Shown here: one piece after another, positions 53,590-64,000 of the stretch
How the letters are laid out: every line of letters starts with the position of its first letter
Numbering within the stretch: the first letter of the stretch is position 1
Assembly (NCBI GenBank): GCA_043826505.1
Contig: JBDRQC010000004.1
Coordinates: forward strand, 721,428-785,427
Length of the DNA stretch: 64,000 nt
Direction of reading: 5' to 3'
From: Chrysiogenia bacterium
GTDB taxonomy: Bacteria > Acidobacteriota > Aminicenantia > UBA2199
Program-made: the position numbers and the translations under genes
Notes under the pieces: model-generated
The model's database searches: none
Told to the model about the DNA's origin: nothing
The model's input: the letters and a program-made list of their open reading frames with translations, nothing else

Positions 53590-55353
53590 ATGGGTTTGGT
53601 AAAAAAAGGAAAAGAACTCTGGTTTTATGAACAGCTTTATACCGACACTACCTACGGTTTTAAGGTGTCCAGGGTGATTGTTCCCGAAACCGACACCGGC
53701 TTTCAAAAATTGATGATCCTGGAAACCGACCGCTTCGGCCGGGTGTTGGTGTTGGACGGCATCGTGCAGCTGACCGAAGAGGACGAGGGCATCTACCATG
53801 AGTGGATTGCCCACTGGCCGATCTTCGCCCTGAACCGGCCGGCCAGGCACGTGCTGATCATCGGCGGCGGCGACTGCGGCGTGGCCCGCGAAGTGCTCCG
53901 CCATAAATCGGTGCAAAAGGTGACCATGGTGGAGATCGATAAAATGGTCTGCGACCTGTGCCGCGAGCATATGCCGTCGATATGCGAGGGAGTGTACGAG
54001 GATCCCCGCTTCAAACTGATCATTGGTGACGGAGCCGAAGCGATCCGGCAAATGAAGGGAAAATGCGATGTGATCGTCATCGATTCCACCGATCCGATCG
54101 GGCCGGCCAAGAGCCTGTTCAACACCGACTTTTATCAAAGCGTTTATGACGCCCTGGTCGAAGGCGGTATTACCATCCACCAGACCGGGGCGTTGATTCT
54201 GCAGCCGTTCGAATGCCCGGGCAGCTGGCGGCAGATCGAGCGCAGCTTTGATGATGTCCGGGTGGTGCAATTCGCCAATGTGAGTTATATGGGCGGCCCC
54301 TTCAGCCTGACCGCCGGTTCCAAAGGCGGGAACGTATTCAAAAACGCCGAACGCAATGCCCAGAAGGCCTACAAAAAAGCGGGTTTCAAGACCAGCTGGT
54401 ATTCGCCGCAGATCCCGGCCATCCCCTATCCTGAATTTCAGAAAAGGCTGGAAACCGACAAATACGGCGAAGAGATTGTTATGAACATTGAACTTCCGGC
54501 CAACAGTTCTCCCGGGGCAAGGCAAGTGGAAAGATGGGCCAAGCAAACCTGCACGGCAATCAAGATGAAAACATTCGGCGAACCGATCATGGCCAGTTCA
54601 AAGTTGGCTGATGGGGACACGCTGGTGCAATACGTGGAAACCAGCGCCATCAATTACCGGCGCCACGGGCGGGTAGCGGCGCTCAATTGCTTCACCTGCG
54701 CCTACTTGCCGGTAAATGACGCCATCAAAACTTCGATCGATTATTTCAAGGCCGCTAAAGCGCTTTGCTGGCACCTGCCGCGCGGTTCTTTTGCCGACAT
54801 AAAAAAAATAAGAAAAAACACCAGAATCTTTGAATACAGATTGAGCGCTGACAAAATCTCGCAGGTTTTTCAACCGCGCCTGATCGAAAGCAGCGAGGCA
54901 TTTGCTCCTGGTTTTCTTTTTTTCCGAGAAAAGGGAACGGCGGCGTTTGAATTGGTCATGGACCTGTACGATTGCGATTACGCTAAGATTTCAAGCCCGG
55001 CCGTAGTGGCCCGCTGGGCTGGAAACGAATTTCCGAAAACAACCGGGCTGAAAACCATAGGCAAGGCCGATGCGCCCGATTTTGGCCATGCCAAGAAAAA
55101 AACAGCCGGGCCGTCCGTGGTGCAGCTGTTCCAGGGTGGTTCCAATATCAGCCACTATTCGGTCAACTGGCTTATGATCGTGGTCAATGTCGTGGCCAAA
55201 CAGGAGTTCTCCCTGGAGAAGGCCATTCGCCGGACCATGAAATATTTCAAGGGCAAATATGCAGTTTGCTGGCTTCTGCCCCGGGGCAATGCCGGGCAGT
55301 CTCTGAAAAAGCTCGCCGACAGCACCTTTATTTTTGAGGTCAAGGGCAAGTAG
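53590..55353 (+). CDS. Spermidine synthase (aminopropyltransferase) fused to two tandem AdoMetDC-like (SpeH-fold) modules
   Basis: Residues 1 to about 288 are SpeE (VLVLDG, IIGGGDCGVAREVLRH, VIVIDSTDPIGPA). Residues from about 293 to 587 form two modules, each resembling class-1 pyruvoyl AdoMetDC and ending CWHLPRG / CWLLPRG. Confidence 0.7.
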   Translation: MGLVKKGKELWFYEQLYTDTTYGFKVSRVIVPETDTGFQKLMILETDRFGRVLVLDGIVQLTEEDEGIYHEWIAHWPIFALNRPARHVLIIGGGDCGVAREVLRHKSVQKVTMVEIDKMVCDLCREHMPSICEGVYEDPRFKLIIGDGAEAIRQMKGKCDVIVIDSTDPIGPAKSLFNTDFYQSVYDALVEGGITIHQTGALILQPFECPGSWRQIERSFDDVRVVQFANVSYMGGPFSLTAGSKGGNVFKNAERNAQKAYKKAGFKTSWYSPQIPAIPYPEFQKRLETDKYGEEIVMNIELPANSSPGARQVERWAKQTCTAIKMKTFGEPIMASSKLADGDTLVQYVETSAINYRRHGRVAALNCFTCAYLPVNDAIKTSIDYFKAAKALCWHLPRGSFADIKKIRKNTRIFEYRLSADKISQVFQPRLIESSEAFAPGFLFFREKGTAAFELVMDLYDCDYAKISSPAVVARWAGNEFPKTTGLKTIGKADAPDFGHAKKKTAGPSVVQLFQGGSNISHYSVNWLMIVVNVVAKQEFSLEKAIRRTMKYFKGKYAVCWLLPRGNAGQSLKKLADSTFIFEVKGK

Positions 55354-55473
55354 TTTCGGATGGTCGTTTTCTGATCAAAATTGTCCAAGGGTGGGTTTAT
55401 GGCACGGCAGCTATTTGTTAATAAGTTGATGATAGGGCACTCAACTAAAATTTATATTTCAGTTATTAAATTG

Positions 55474-55502
55474 TTGACAAATTGGAAAAATTGGCATATA
55501 TT
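55474..55502 (+). promoter_or_regulatory. Putative sigma70 promoter of dnaK
   Basis: TTGACA (55474-55479), 17-nt spacer, TATATT (55497-55502). AAGGAG RBS at 55521-55526. Confidence 0.55.
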
Positions 55503-55532
55503 TAAGTACTAGAAAAAATTAAGGAGTTAAAT

Positions 55533-57452
55533 ATGGGCAAAATAATCGGTATTGACTTGGGAACAACCAATTCGGTTGTGGCGATAATGGAAAAGGGTGA
55601 TATTAAGATTATCACCAATTCCGAAGGTGGCCGGACCACCCCATCGGTGGTCGCTTTTACCAAGGATGGCGGCCGGCTTGTCGGCCAGGTGGCCAAACGC
55701 CAATCGATCACCAATCCGGAGAACACTGTCTATTCCATCAAGCGCTTCATGGGACGCAGAATCTCTGAAGTCAGCGATGAAATCAAAATGGTTCCCTTCA
55801 AAGTGGTGGGCGGGCCCAACGATGATGCCCGCGTCAGCATTGAAGGCAAACAATATTCACCTCCCGAGATCTCGGCCCTGATTTTGCAGAAACTCAAGGA
55901 ATCGGCTGAGGACTATCTCGGGGAAAAGGTCACCGAGGCGGTCATAACTGTCCCGGCCTATTTTAATGATGCCCAGCGCCAGGCTACCAAAGATGCTGGA
56001 AAAATAGCCGGTCTGGACGTGAAGCGCATCATCAACGAACCTACGGCCGCAGCCCTGGCTTACGGCATGGACAAGAAAAAAGATGAGTTGATCGCCGTCT
56101 ATGATTTTGGCGGCGGCACATTCGATATTTCCATCCTTGAGATCGGCGAAAATATCGTTGAGGTTAAATCGACCAATGGAGACACCCATCTGGGTGGCGA
56201 CAACATCGACCAGAAGTTGATCGACTGGATCGCCGAGGAATTCAAAAAAGATCAGGGCATCGATCTGACCAAGGACAAGATGGCCTTGCAGCGCCTGAAG
56301 GAAGCAGCCGAAAAAGCCAAGATCGAACTCTCAACCACACAGGAAACCGAGATCAACCTTCCTTTCGTCACGGCCGACGCTTCGGGACCCAAGCACCTGA
56401 TCCTCAAATTAAGCCGAGCCAAGCTGGAACAACTGGTCGGAGACATACTTGAACGGTCCATTGCTCCCTGCCGGCTGGCTATCAAGGACGCCGGAGTGAG
56501 TACTGCCGATATCAAGGAGATCATCCTGGTTGGCGGCATGACCCGCATGCCCTACATACAGGAATTGGTCAAGAAGCTTTTTGGAAAGGAAGGCAATAAA
56601 AGCGTGAATCCTGATGAAGTGGTCGCGGCCGGCGCCGCGGTTCAGGGCGGTGTCCTGGGCGGTGAAGCCAAGGATATACTGCTACTGGATGTCACGCCGT
56701 TGTCGTTGGGCATTGAAACCATGGGCGGTATTTCACACAAATTGATCGAGCGCAACACCACGATCCCGACCAAGAAAACCGACATTTTCACCACCGCTGA
56801 AGACAATCAGTCCACCGTGGAAATCCATATCCTTCAGGGAGAAAGGGAGATGGCTCGCGATAACCGCACTCTGGGTAAGTTTCACCTGACCGGCCTGCCG
56901 CCCGCGCCGCGCGGGGTTCCCCAGGTTGAAGTAACTTTTGATATCGATGCCAACGGCATTTTGAATGTGTCGGCCAAGGATCTGGCCACCTCCAAGCAGC
57001 AGGCCATCACCATCACCTCATCGAGCGGCCTCAATGACAAAGAGATCGACAAAATGGTCAAAGACGCAGAAAAATTCCGCGAAGATGACCAGCAAAAGAA
57101 AGAGGCTATTGAAAATCGCAACAAGCTAGATCAATTGTCCTACGCCCTGGAAAAACTGGTAAAAGAGAACAAGGAAAAGATCCCCGCGGACATGGTCAGT
57201 GAAGTCGAAACTGCAGTTAAACGCGCCAGGGAAGCGGTGGAAAAAGGGGACAATCAGAAGATCATCGAAGAGATAGAAAATATCAATAAATTATCCGGCA
57301 AGCTATCTACTGAAATGTACAAGACGGCCGGCGCCCAAAAAGAGCCCCAACCCGGGCCCGATACAGACAAAGCGCCGGAAGCCGAGGCCGCTGCCAGCGA
57401 AGGCGAGGTCATCGATGCCGAATTCGAGGACATCGGCAAGGACAAAAAGTAA
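55533..57452 (+). CDS. dnaK: Molecular chaperone DnaK (Hsp70)
   Basis: 639 aa. [31 protein letters not shown]. No grpE or dnaJ adjacent. Confidence 0.95.
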   Translation: MGKIIGIDLGTTNSVVAIMEKGDIKIITNSEGGRTTPSVVAFTKDGGRLVGQVAKRQSITNPENTVYSIKRFMGRRISEVSDEIKMVPFKVVGGPNDDARVSIEGKQYSPPEISALILQKLKESAEDYLGEKVTEAVITVPAYFNDAQRQATKDAGKIAGLDVKRIINEPTAAALAYGMDKKKDELIAVYDFGGGTFDISILEIGENIVEVKSTNGDTHLGGDNIDQKLIDWIAEEFKKDQGIDLTKDKMALQRLKEAAEKAKIELSTTQETEINLPFVTADASGPKHLILKLSRAKLEQLVGDILERSIAPCRLAIKDAGVSTADIKEIILVGGMTRMPYIQELVKKLFGKEGNKSVNPDEVVAAGAAVQGGVLGGEAKDILLLDVTPLSLGIETMGGISHKLIERNTTIPTKKTDIFTTAEDNQSTVEIHILQGEREMARDNRTLGKFHLTGLPPAPRGVPQVEVTFDIDANGILNVSAKDLATSKQQAITITSSSGLNDKEIDKMVKDAEKFREDDQQKKEAIENRNKLDQLSYALEKLVKENKEKIPADMVSEVETAVKRAREAVEKGDNQKIIEEIENINKLSGKLSTEMYKTAGAQKEPQPGPDTDKAPEAEAAASEGEVIDAEFEDIGKDKK

Positions 57453-57483
57453 TTTTTCTGTTTTTTTCTTAACTCTCCCCAGG

Positions 57484-57512
57484 CAAGGGGCAGCGGTCAA
57501 AACTGTCCCTTG
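57484..57512 (+). terminator. Possible intrinsic terminator after dnaK
   Basis: 10-bp stem CAAGGGGCAG / CTGTCCCTTG (one G-U pair), 9-nt loop, followed by CTTT. The U-tract is weak. Confidence 0.35.
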
Positions 57513-57587
57513 CTTTACGTTCACTCCGCTTCTATTTGCTTTATCTGCCAGTATGTGCTAATTTTAATTTACACTACAGGAGGCACA

Positions 57588-58469
57588 ATGAAAATAAAAA
57601 TTATTGTTGTGATTTTTTCAATAATGCTTTTTACCGCTTTTTGCAGTGAGAAAGTCGATCGCAAAGGTGTGGATCTGAAACTTTCACTCGCTCCGGAAAC
57701 AATAACTGACTCCCTGTATTTGAAAATGGATTATGAATTCACGACCGCGAGTGATTTTAAAAAATTTAATAATGATTATGCCATTTTTGTCCATTTCTGG
57801 CGGGTAAACAGCAAGGAAATGTTACTTCAGGATGATCATCCACCTCTGAAAAAAGTCAGTGAGTGGGTTGCCAATGACAATATCAAGTATTCGCGGGTAT
57901 TGTTCATTCCGCAATTTTTAAACGAGTTCGACGTTGATTTTGAAGGATACGAAGCATTGAAGTTGACGGTGGGCCTGTACAATCAGAAGATGCAGGAAAA
58001 ATCCATTGTACTTTTTGAAAAGAAAATCAATATCCAGCCTGCTTCGATCAATGCTCCGGAGATTGTTTATGATGAGGGGTGGAACGAGATTGAAACCGAC
58101 ATCAATGCCGTTGAGCAGTTCAGCAAGAGTTGGCGTTGGACCACGGCCAAATCGGTTTGCATTATTGAGAATCCCCAAAAAGAATCCACGCTGATCATCA
58201 AGGGCGGTGTAAACAAAACCGTGTTTCAGGACCAGAAAGTGACATTAAGGATCAATGATATATTGTTGGATGAATTCATTCCCGCTGAAGCGAATTTTTC
58301 AAAAGAATATACGGTGAGCCCGCAAATGATGGGCAATACCGATGAATTTTCCCTGAAATTCGAAACTGACAGGGTTTTTGTGCCGGCCAAAGTGTTTCCT
58401 AACAGCAAAGACAACCGGGAACTCGGAGCCCAGATTTTCTTCATCTATTTCCGGGAAAAACTGCAATAA
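57588..58469 (+). CDS. Hypothetical exported protein / possible lipoprotein
   Basis: Start at the ATG at 57588 with a GGAGG RBS. Signal MKIKIIVVIFSIMLFTAFC. No family recognised. Confidence 0.55.
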   Translation: MKIKIIVVIFSIMLFTAFCSEKVDRKGVDLKLSLAPETITDSLYLKMDYEFTTASDFKKFNNDYAIFVHFWRVNSKEMLLQDDHPPLKKVSEWVANDNIKYSRVLFIPQFLNEFDVDFEGYEALKLTVGLYNQKMQEKSIVLFEKKINIQPASINAPEIVYDEGWNEIETDINAVEQFSKSWRWTTAKSVCIIENPQKESTLIIKGGVNKTVFQDQKVTLRINDILLDEFIPAEANFSKEYTVSPQMMGNTDEFSLKFETDRVFVPAKVFPNSKDNRELGAQIFFIYFREKLQ

Positions 58470-58524
58470 AAGTATCCCCCGCTGCTGGGGCGGGATTGAC
58501 GTTTCTGACTGGTGAGGTGGCAGT

Positions 58525-58740
58525 ATGCTCGAAAGAGACTTGAAGGAACTGCTTGCGGTAGAAGGCAGTCTGGAAGCCGAAATCATCAAGTCCAAACTGG
58601 AGAGTTTCGCTATCCCGGTATTGTTGCAATACGAAGCCGTAGGGCGTATTTTTGGTATTACCATGAATGGCCTGGGCAAAGTAAAAATATTGGTGCCGGA
58701 ATCTTTTTTGGAAGAAGCACGAAAAGTTTTAGCCGAATAA
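58525..58740 (+). CDS. DUF2007-like small protein (putative signal-transducing fold)
   Basis: 71 aa. The EAEIIKSKLESFAIPV...ILVPESFLEEARKVL pattern matches DUF2007. Confidence 0.55.
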   Translation: MLERDLKELLAVEGSLEAEIIKSKLESFAIPVLLQYEAVGRIFGITMNGLGKVKILVPESFLEEARKVLAE

Positions 58741-58815
58741 GGCCATAAACGTGGTCCCGAGTTTATGCGGTGATGAAAAAATACGTCCGCTCACCAGGCT
58801 TTTGCCGGTAGAAAA

Positions 58816-59598
58816 TCAGAGCTTGAATTCCTTGAAGGTATCATTCACCCGCTCAAGATCTGCCGGTGAATTCAAATCGTATTTTATGACGCTCAGGGAA
58901 ATAAAGTTGTTTTGGACGGCCCAGACATCGGTGCCCTGGCTGTCGGCATAAGCGGGAGTCCCGGTTCCAATCCAATAATATTTGCGGCCTCTCGGATCGA
59001 TCCTTTCAACAATATCGGGAGTATACTTCTTGTTTCCCAGTTTAGTGATTGCGATTTCCCCACGATTGGGGAAGGGGATGTTCAGATTGAAAACGACGCC
59101 GTTGTGTAGGTGGGAGAGTAATTTGTCAAGGACCTTGGCCGTTATGTGCGCACCGGCGGCAAAATCGAATTCCTGCCGTTGATACTGGCCCAGGCCGGCA
59201 AGCAAAGAAACGGCAAGTGAGGGAATGCCGTAAAGGTAGCCGGAGAAAGCGCCGCCCACGGTTCCGGAAAAAAAAATGTCTTCAGAGAGGTTTTCACCCA
59301 AATTCATTCCCGAAACGATGAAGTCGGGATGAATGGGAAGTATTTTTTGCAGGGCGATATTGACACAGTCGGCTGTTGTGCCGTTGATGGCAAAGACCTT
59401 CTCCTCTACCTGGTTGATGCGCAGCGGATGATTCAATGTCAACGCCATACTGATGGCACTTTTTTCCCGGTCTGGAGCAACGACCCAGACATGATATTTA
59501 TTTTCCAGTTCATTTTTTAGGGCAATAAGCCCCTTTGAATAGAAACCATCATCGTTGGTCAATAGTATTGTTTTCATTTGGTTGGGAGTTTTTTTCAA
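58816..59598 (-). CDS. surE: 5'/3'-nucleotidase SurE
   Basis: ILLTNDDGFYSKGL, SGMNLGENL and GTVGGA motifs. Confidence 0.88.
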   Translation of the reverse strand: MKKTPNQMKTILLTNDDGFYSKGLIALKNELENKYHVWVVAPDREKSAISMALTLNHPLRINQVEEKVFAINGTTADCVNIALQKILPIHPDFIVSGMNLGENLSEDIFFSGTVGGAFSGYLYGIPSLAVSLLAGLGQYQRQEFDFAAGAHITAKVLDKLLSHLHNGVVFNLNIPFPNRGEIAITKLGNKKYTPDIVERIDPRGRKYYWIGTGTPAYADSQGTDVWAVQNNFISLSVIKYDLNSPADLERVNDTFKEFKL

Positions 59599-59599
59599 G

Positions 59600-59674
59600 T
59601 CGGGGCGAGTGGATTCGAACCACCGACCACACGCACCCCAAGCGTGTACGCTAACCAGACTGCGCTACGCCCCG
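59600..59674 (-). tRNA. tRNA-Pro (anticodon GGG)
   Basis: The reverse complement is CGGGGCGTAGCGCAGTCTGGTTAGCGTACACGCTTGGGGTGCGTG...CGCCCCGA. Anticodon loop TTGGGGT. No encoded CCA. Confidence 0.9.
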
Positions 59675-59680
59675 GCTCAA

Positions 59681-60052
59681 TCAGTTTTTATCATCTTTGG
59701 CTAGTAATGTCAATATTTCGCTGAGGCCGCGGCGGATACTCTTAAGCTTTTCCGGATCGACAGGCTCCTGATTTGACCCTGGCTGGGTGTTGGCCAGGTC
59801 GCCGAAATTTTGCAGCAATAATTCCCTGATCTTGTCCTTCCCGCACTTTTCAATAATCAGCCATTGCTTAATGGCCATGATGATCTCGATATCGCGGCGG
59901 CTATAAAATTTCTCGCCGCTTTGGTTGACCACGGAAGCAAAAGCCGCGAACTCCTTTTCCCAATAATCCAGCACCCGGCCGTCAAGCTTGACCATTTGCA
60001 TGACCTCCTTGCGGCGGAAAGTCAGTTTATCGGGAATTTTGTTTTCAGCCAT
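59681..60052 (-). CDS. MerR-family HTH transcriptional regulator
   Basis: FRRKEVMQMVKLDGRVLDYWEKEF...YSRRDIEIIMAIKQWL is a MerR-type HTH. I preferred the ATG at 60052, which has an AGGAG upstream, over the TTG at 60076. Confidence 0.65.
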   Translation of the reverse strand: MAENKIPDKLTFRRKEVMQMVKLDGRVLDYWEKEFAAFASVVNQSGEKFYSRRDIEIIMAIKQWLIIEKCGKDKIRELLLQNFGDLANTQPGSNQEPVDPEKLKSIRRGLSEILTLLAKDDKN

Positions 60053-60131
60053 ATAACCTTTTCTACTCCTGAACAAATTATAGCGGAATTTGGATGTTAA
60101 TGAAATAAGGCATAAATATTTTCTGGTTCTT

Positions 60132-60743
60132 TTAGAAGTTGATCGCTATGCTGCCGCCGAAATAAAAGCCGTTCTTGAATCCGGCCTCGGCCCTGAGCAG
60201 GAATTTGTCCCTGATATTGCCGATGACACCAACCGGCAGGTGGCCCACGGGGACAATGAGTTTTTTCTGGTAAGAATCGCGGATGGTTGTGCCCAGCTCA
60301 TCCTGGTAAGACCCTTCGGCGAAGATGCTCATGCGGCCGATGCCAATGCCCGCGCCGATATACGGGTGGATTGGTGAGGCCGGAAAAACATGCATGAGGA
60401 TCGTGGCGGTGATATTCAGTTGGGTGATTTCGCCTGAGCCGTAAAAACGGTTGTTGTATTGTTCCACCCGGAAATAGCCTTCTCCGGAAATGCGGCTGTA
60501 TTCCAGGCTGTACACTCCACTGAATACCGAGCGTGGTCCTTTGTCTCCATAAGAATAGGCTTCGAAACACATGGCGGTTCCCTTCAATTGCGGGTGTTCG
60601 TATAGAGCCAAGTCCAAAAGGGCGTTGGGGATGCCGAAGGAACTGATCCTGATTCCCGCGCCGTAGCGGAACAAGCTGCTGTCGGCGGCGGGCAAGATAA
60701 TGGAAAGGCAAATGATAATAAAAAGAAATGTTTTTACTTTCAT
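60132..60743 (-). CDS. Outer-membrane beta-barrel protein
   Basis: 203 aa. Signal peptide, alternating hydrophobic beta-strand pattern, C-terminal aromatic residue (…SIAINF). Confidence 0.6.
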   Translation of the reverse strand: MKVKTFLFIIICLSIILPAADSSLFRYGAGIRISSFGIPNALLDLALYEHPQLKGTAMCFEAYSYGDKGPRSVFSGVYSLEYSRISGEGYFRVEQYNNRFYGSGEITQLNITATILMHVFPASPIHPYIGAGIGIGRMSIFAEGSYQDELGTTIRDSYQKKLIVPVGHLPVGVIGNIRDKFLLRAEAGFKNGFYFGGSIAINF

Positions 60744-60751
60744 GATACTCC

Positions 60752-62224
60752 TCAGTCCATTCGGTAATTTGGTGATTCTTCGGTGATTATCACGTCGTGA
60801 ACGTGGCTTTCTTTTAAGCTGGCGTTGCTGATGCGGATAAAGCGTGATTTATCGCGCAGTTCGGTCATGGTGCGGCAGCCGGTCAGACCCATACCGGCTC
60901 TGACGCCGCCAATAAGCAGCGGGATCAGGTTCATAACAGAGCCGCGATAAGGAACCCGCCCTTCGATGCCCTCGGGAACCAGTTTGGATTCAGCATATTC
61001 ATCGTCCTGGAAATAGCGGTCGCGGCTTCCGGCCTTCATGGCAGCTATTGAACCCATGCCGCGATATTTTTTATATGATCGGCCCTGGTAAATAACCATT
61101 TCTCCCGGGCTTTCGTCGGTTCCGGCCAGAATGGATCCGATCATAACCGAATGGGCTCCGGCGGCAAGGGCTTTGGTGATATCCCCGGAAAACTTGATGC
61201 CGCCATCGGCAATAACCGGCACGCGGCCGGCGACTTCGTTTGCTACAGCCATGATGGCCGATATTTGCGGGACTCCGGCTCCGGTCACTACGCGAGTGGT
61301 GCAGATCGATCCGGGGCCGATGCCGACTTTCAGACCGTCCACTCCCAGGGCCAGCAGTTCCCTGGCTGCGGCGGCTGTGGCGATATTGCCCACGACCAGA
61401 TCCACCCCGCTTGCGGCAGCCCGAACATTTTCTATGGTCTGCATAACCTTACGAGAGTGGGCATGCGAGGTGTCGATGACCAGAGCGTCCACTTTGGCGG
61501 CAATCAGGGCGCTGACCCTTTCCATGGTATCAGCGCCCGTACCCACGGCGGCGCCTACCTGCAGACGGCCCATATTATCCTTGGAAGCGGTAGGGAATTT
61601 CTCGGTTTTGACTATGTCCTTGAATGTGATCAGTCCCTTCAGAAAATTGTCTTTATCGACCACCGGGAGCTTTTCAATGCGGTTAATGTGCAAAAGCTGT
61701 TTGGCTTCGGCCATTTTGATGTTCTCGCCGGCGGTGATTAAATTGACAGCCTTCATGATGGTAGAAATTTTGTCACTGAAATTGCCGGCAAAACGCAGAT
61801 CGCGATTGGTCAGGATGCCGACCAGTTTCCCCTGCTTATCGACGATAGGCAAACCCGAAATACCTTTTTCCCTGACAAGCTGCAATGCTTCTTGGATGGT
61901 ATTGTCCGGATGCAAGGTTATGGGGTTGACGATCATGCCCGATTCCGAGCGCTTGACTTTGAGCACTTCGCCGGCCTGCTCGGCGATGGACAAATTCTTA
62001 TGAATGATGGCCATACCGCCAAGCTGGGCCATGGCAATGGCCATTCGCGATTCAGAAACGGTATCCATGGCCGCCGAAACCAGGGGAATGCGCAGTTGAA
62101 TGCGGCGGGAGAACATGGTCGCCGTTTCCGTCTGGCTGGGCAGTACTTCAGAATATGCGGGAACCAGCAGCACGTCGTCGAAGGTAAGGCCCTGATCAGC
62201 AATTATTTTTTCATCTGTGTTCAT
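60752..62224 (-). CDS. guaB: IMP dehydrogenase
   Basis: [18 protein letters not shown] pair, [11 protein letters not shown] (catalytic Cys), GGIKFSGD. The ATG at 62224 overlaps the secA stop (ATGA). Confidence 0.92.
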   Translation of the reverse strand: MNTDEKIIADQGLTFDDVLLVPAYSEVLPSQTETATMFSRRIQLRIPLVSAAMDTVSESRMAIAMAQLGGMAIIHKNLSIAEQAGEVLKVKRSESGMIVNPITLHPDNTIQEALQLVREKGISGLPIVDKQGKLVGILTNRDLRFAGNFSDKISTIMKAVNLITAGENIKMAEAKQLLHINRIEKLPVVDKDNFLKGLITFKDIVKTEKFPTASKDNMGRLQVGAAVGTGADTMERVSALIAAKVDALVIDTSHAHSRKVMQTIENVRAAASGVDLVVGNIATAAAARELLALGVDGLKVGIGPGSICTTRVVTGAGVPQISAIMAVANEVAGRVPVIADGGIKFSGDITKALAAGAHSVMIGSILAGTDESPGEMVIYQGRSYKKYRGMGSIAAMKAGSRDRYFQDDEYAESKLVPEGIEGRVPYRGSVMNLIPLLIGGVRAGMGLTGCRTMTELRDKSRFIRISNASLKESHVHDVIITEESPNYRMD

Positions 62225-64000
62225 CGTCTCTTTTTGTGTTTGCCTCCGGGCATCTTGAATGCCGGAGCGGACATTTTTGGTTTCTTTTTTTTGCGCCAAT
62301 CCTCGATTTCCTCGTCGCTTACCGGCCTGAACAGGAACAGAAAGCGCAGGACCTCTTCATCGATCCGGTTCAGCAATGCTTCATACATCTGGTAGCTTTC
62401 TTTCTTGTATTCGATGAGTGGATCCTTCTGGGCGTAGCCGCGCAAGCCAATGCCCTCTTTCAGGTGATCTATGCTGAGCAAATGGTCTTTCCATTGCGAA
62501 TCGATCACTTGGAGCAGGATCATCCTTTCCAACTCGCGCATCTGGGTGGCGCCGACGAGAGCTTCCTTTTCCTGGTAGATGGCCTTGATTTGCTTAAGAA
62601 CGTTCTCCTTCAGGAGCAGGGGCGGGGAATCACGGAAATCATCCTGGGGGACTTGTCTGAGATCCAAACCGAATTGAAGGAGGATTTCCTTTTGGAATGC
62701 CTCTACGTCCCATTGATCGGATTCCTTGTTCTCATCGATGTAGAAGGAGAATATATCCTCATAAAGATCATGTTGAAGCTCCTGAATGTAGTCATTAAAA
62801 TCCTTGCCGAAAAGGATGTCCCGGCGCAGGGAGTAAATGTGCTGGCGCTGCTTGTTCATTACGTCATCGTACTCGAGCAGGTGTTTGCGGATGGAAAAAT
62901 TCTGTCCTTCGATCTGTTTTTGCGCGTTTTCAATTGCCCGGGAAACCAGTCGGTTCTCCAGAGGAACACCGTTGCTCATGCCGGCGCGAACCAGCATGCT
63001 GCGGATGCGATCCGAACCGAGTATTTTCATAAGGTCGTCTTCCAGGGAAATATAGAAACGCGAGGAGCCGGGGTCGCCCTGGCGTCCCGAACGCCCGCGC
63101 AATTGGTTGTCAATGCGGCGGGCCTCGTGTCGTTCGGTGCCCAGGATGTGCAGGCCGCCGCGTTCGATCACCGCCTGGCGCTCAAGGTTCACCTGTTCGT
63201 TAATCTCGGCTTGCGCTTTTTCCTTGACCACAGGCGGCGCCGTTTCCGGGCTGAAGCCCTTTTTCTTTAATTCTTCCCGGAGCAGGGATTCCGGGTTTCC
63301 ACCCAGGAGAATATCGGTGCCGCGGCCGGCCATATTGGTGGCCAGGGTCACCGAATTGAGTCGCCCGGCCTGGGCAACGATCTCCGCTTCCGATTCGTGG
63401 TATTTGGCGTTGAGCACCACGTGACGGACTTTTTCCCGCTGAAGTCTGCGGCTGAGCAGTTCAGAATTTTCAATGGATATCGTCCCGACCAGCACCGGCT
63501 GGCCTTTTTCGTTTAAAGCTTTGATTTCACTGGCCACCGCCTGCCATTTTTCCTCCTTGCTGCCATAGATCATGTCGGAGAACTCGGTGCGAATCAAAAC
63601 TCTGTTGGTTGGGACCTCGATGACGTCGAGGTGATAAATGTGTGAGAATTCGGCCGCTTCGGTTATGGCGGTTCCGGTCATGCCGGAAAGTTTTTTGTAC
63701 ATGCGGAAATAATTTTGGAATGTGATGGAGGCCAGGGTTTGGTACTCCTGCTCGACCTTGACGTTTTCCTTGGCTTCCAGGGCCTGGTGCAGGCCGTCAG
63801 AATAGCGGCGACCCGGCATGATGCGACCGGTGAATTCATCGACGATCAGCACCTGGTCGTCCTTGACCAGGTAGTCCACGTCGCGGTTGAAGATCAAATG
63901 GGCTTTGAGCGACTGATATATCTGATGAAGGAGGTCCATGTTCGGCAGGTCGTAGAGATTGTCGATGCGGAAAAATTTCTCGGCTTCGTTAATGCCGTTT
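62221..64000 (-). CDS. secA: Preprotein translocase ATPase SecA (C-terminal part; the gene continues beyond the window)
   Basis: [37 protein letters not shown] and [17 protein letters not shown]. The reading frame stays open to the window edge. Confidence 0.92.
   Translation of the reverse strand, partial: NGINEAEKFFRIDNLYDLPNMDLLHQIYQSLKAHLIFNRDVDYLVKDDQVLIVDEFTGRIMPGRRYSDGLHQALEAKENVKVEQEYQTLASITFQNYFRMYKKLSGMTGTAITEAAEFSHIYHLDVIEVPTNRVLIRTEFSDMIYGSKEEKWQAVASEIKALNEKGQPVLVGTISIENSELLSRRLQREKVRHVVLNAKYHESEAEIVAQAGRLNSVTLATNMAGRGTDILLGGNPESLLREELKKKGFSPETAPPVVKEKAQAEINEQVNLERQAVIERGGLHILGTERHEARRIDNQLRGRSGRQGDPGSSRFYISLEDDLMKILGSDRIRSMLVRAGMSNGVPLENRLVSRAIENAQKQIEGQNFSIRKHLLEYDDVMNKQRQHIYSLRRDILFGKDFNDYIQELQHDLYEDIFSFYIDENKESDQWDVEAFQKEILLQFGLDLRQVPQDDFRDSPPLLLKENVLKQIKAIYQEKEALVGATQMRELERMILLQVIDSQWKDHLLSIDHLKEGIGLRGYAQKDPLIEYKKESYQMYEALLNRIDEEVLRFLFLFRPVSDEEIEDWRKKKKPKMSAPAFKMPGGKHKKRR

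Noticed and set aside
55354-55473. CIRCE (HrcA) operator upstream of dnaK. The sequence ATAGGGCACTCAAC resembles one half-site (TTAGCACTC).
   Set aside because: Only one degenerate half-site is present. There is no GAGTGCTAA partner at the 9-nt spacing, so there is no inverted repeat.
62225-62299. N-terminal extensions in the ORF track: guaB 62225-62299, purH 24092-24199, pgpA 7237-7329, rpmB 5211-5240, C10 5286-5318, PilZ 27784-27843, MerR 60053-60076.
   Set aside because: The conserved family N-termini begin at internal ATGs that have better RBSs or ATGA coupling with the upstream stop. Several of the extended starts are non-ATG codons.

Overview
64-kb window from a moderately GC-rich bacterium, probably an uncultivated anaerobe (NfnAB-type oxidoreductase, flavodoxin, archaeal-type LeuCD-like hydro-lyase). 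I cannot assign a phylum without a database search. I support about 58 protein genes and 4 tRNAs (Pro-CGG, Cys-GCA, Gly-GCC, Pro-GGG). I saw no rRNA, CRISPR array, transposase, integrase or phage genes. Much of the window is housekeeping: truA, rpmB, pgpA, rimO, purH, aspS, hisS, rpsA, ispH, dnaK, surE, guaB and a partial secA. Seven things go beyond routine annotation. (1) A spermidine synthase is fused to two tandem, divergent AdoMetDC-like modules (53590-55353). (2) A tight five-gene operon joins an IDH/IPMDH-family dehydrogenase, an HMG-CoA-lyase-type lyase, a family III CoA-transferase and an aconitase-type hydro-lyase, with no condensing synthase (8726-13883). (3) A 1912-aa thioester (CMEQ) alpha-2-macroglobulin has a folded domain plus a low-complexity tract at the bait position. 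It lacks a lipobox and follows a lytic transglycosylase rather than a PBP1c gene. (4) A low-GC block bounded by tRNA genes (about 24.2-35.4 kb) carries a c-di-GMP module: a GGDEF sensor, a stand-alone PilZ protein and a plant-CslA-like processive GT2. A roughly 45-nt conserved sequence sits upstream of two of its transcription units. (5) The same block holds a SelB C-terminal protein without a GTPase and a pair of M16 proteins that both lack HxxEH. (6) Dispersed GTAGGGGCG-type palindromic elements occur in two intergenic regions. (7) A long-form urocanase homologue stands without other hut genes. All functional calls come from motif recognition by eye. No searches were run.
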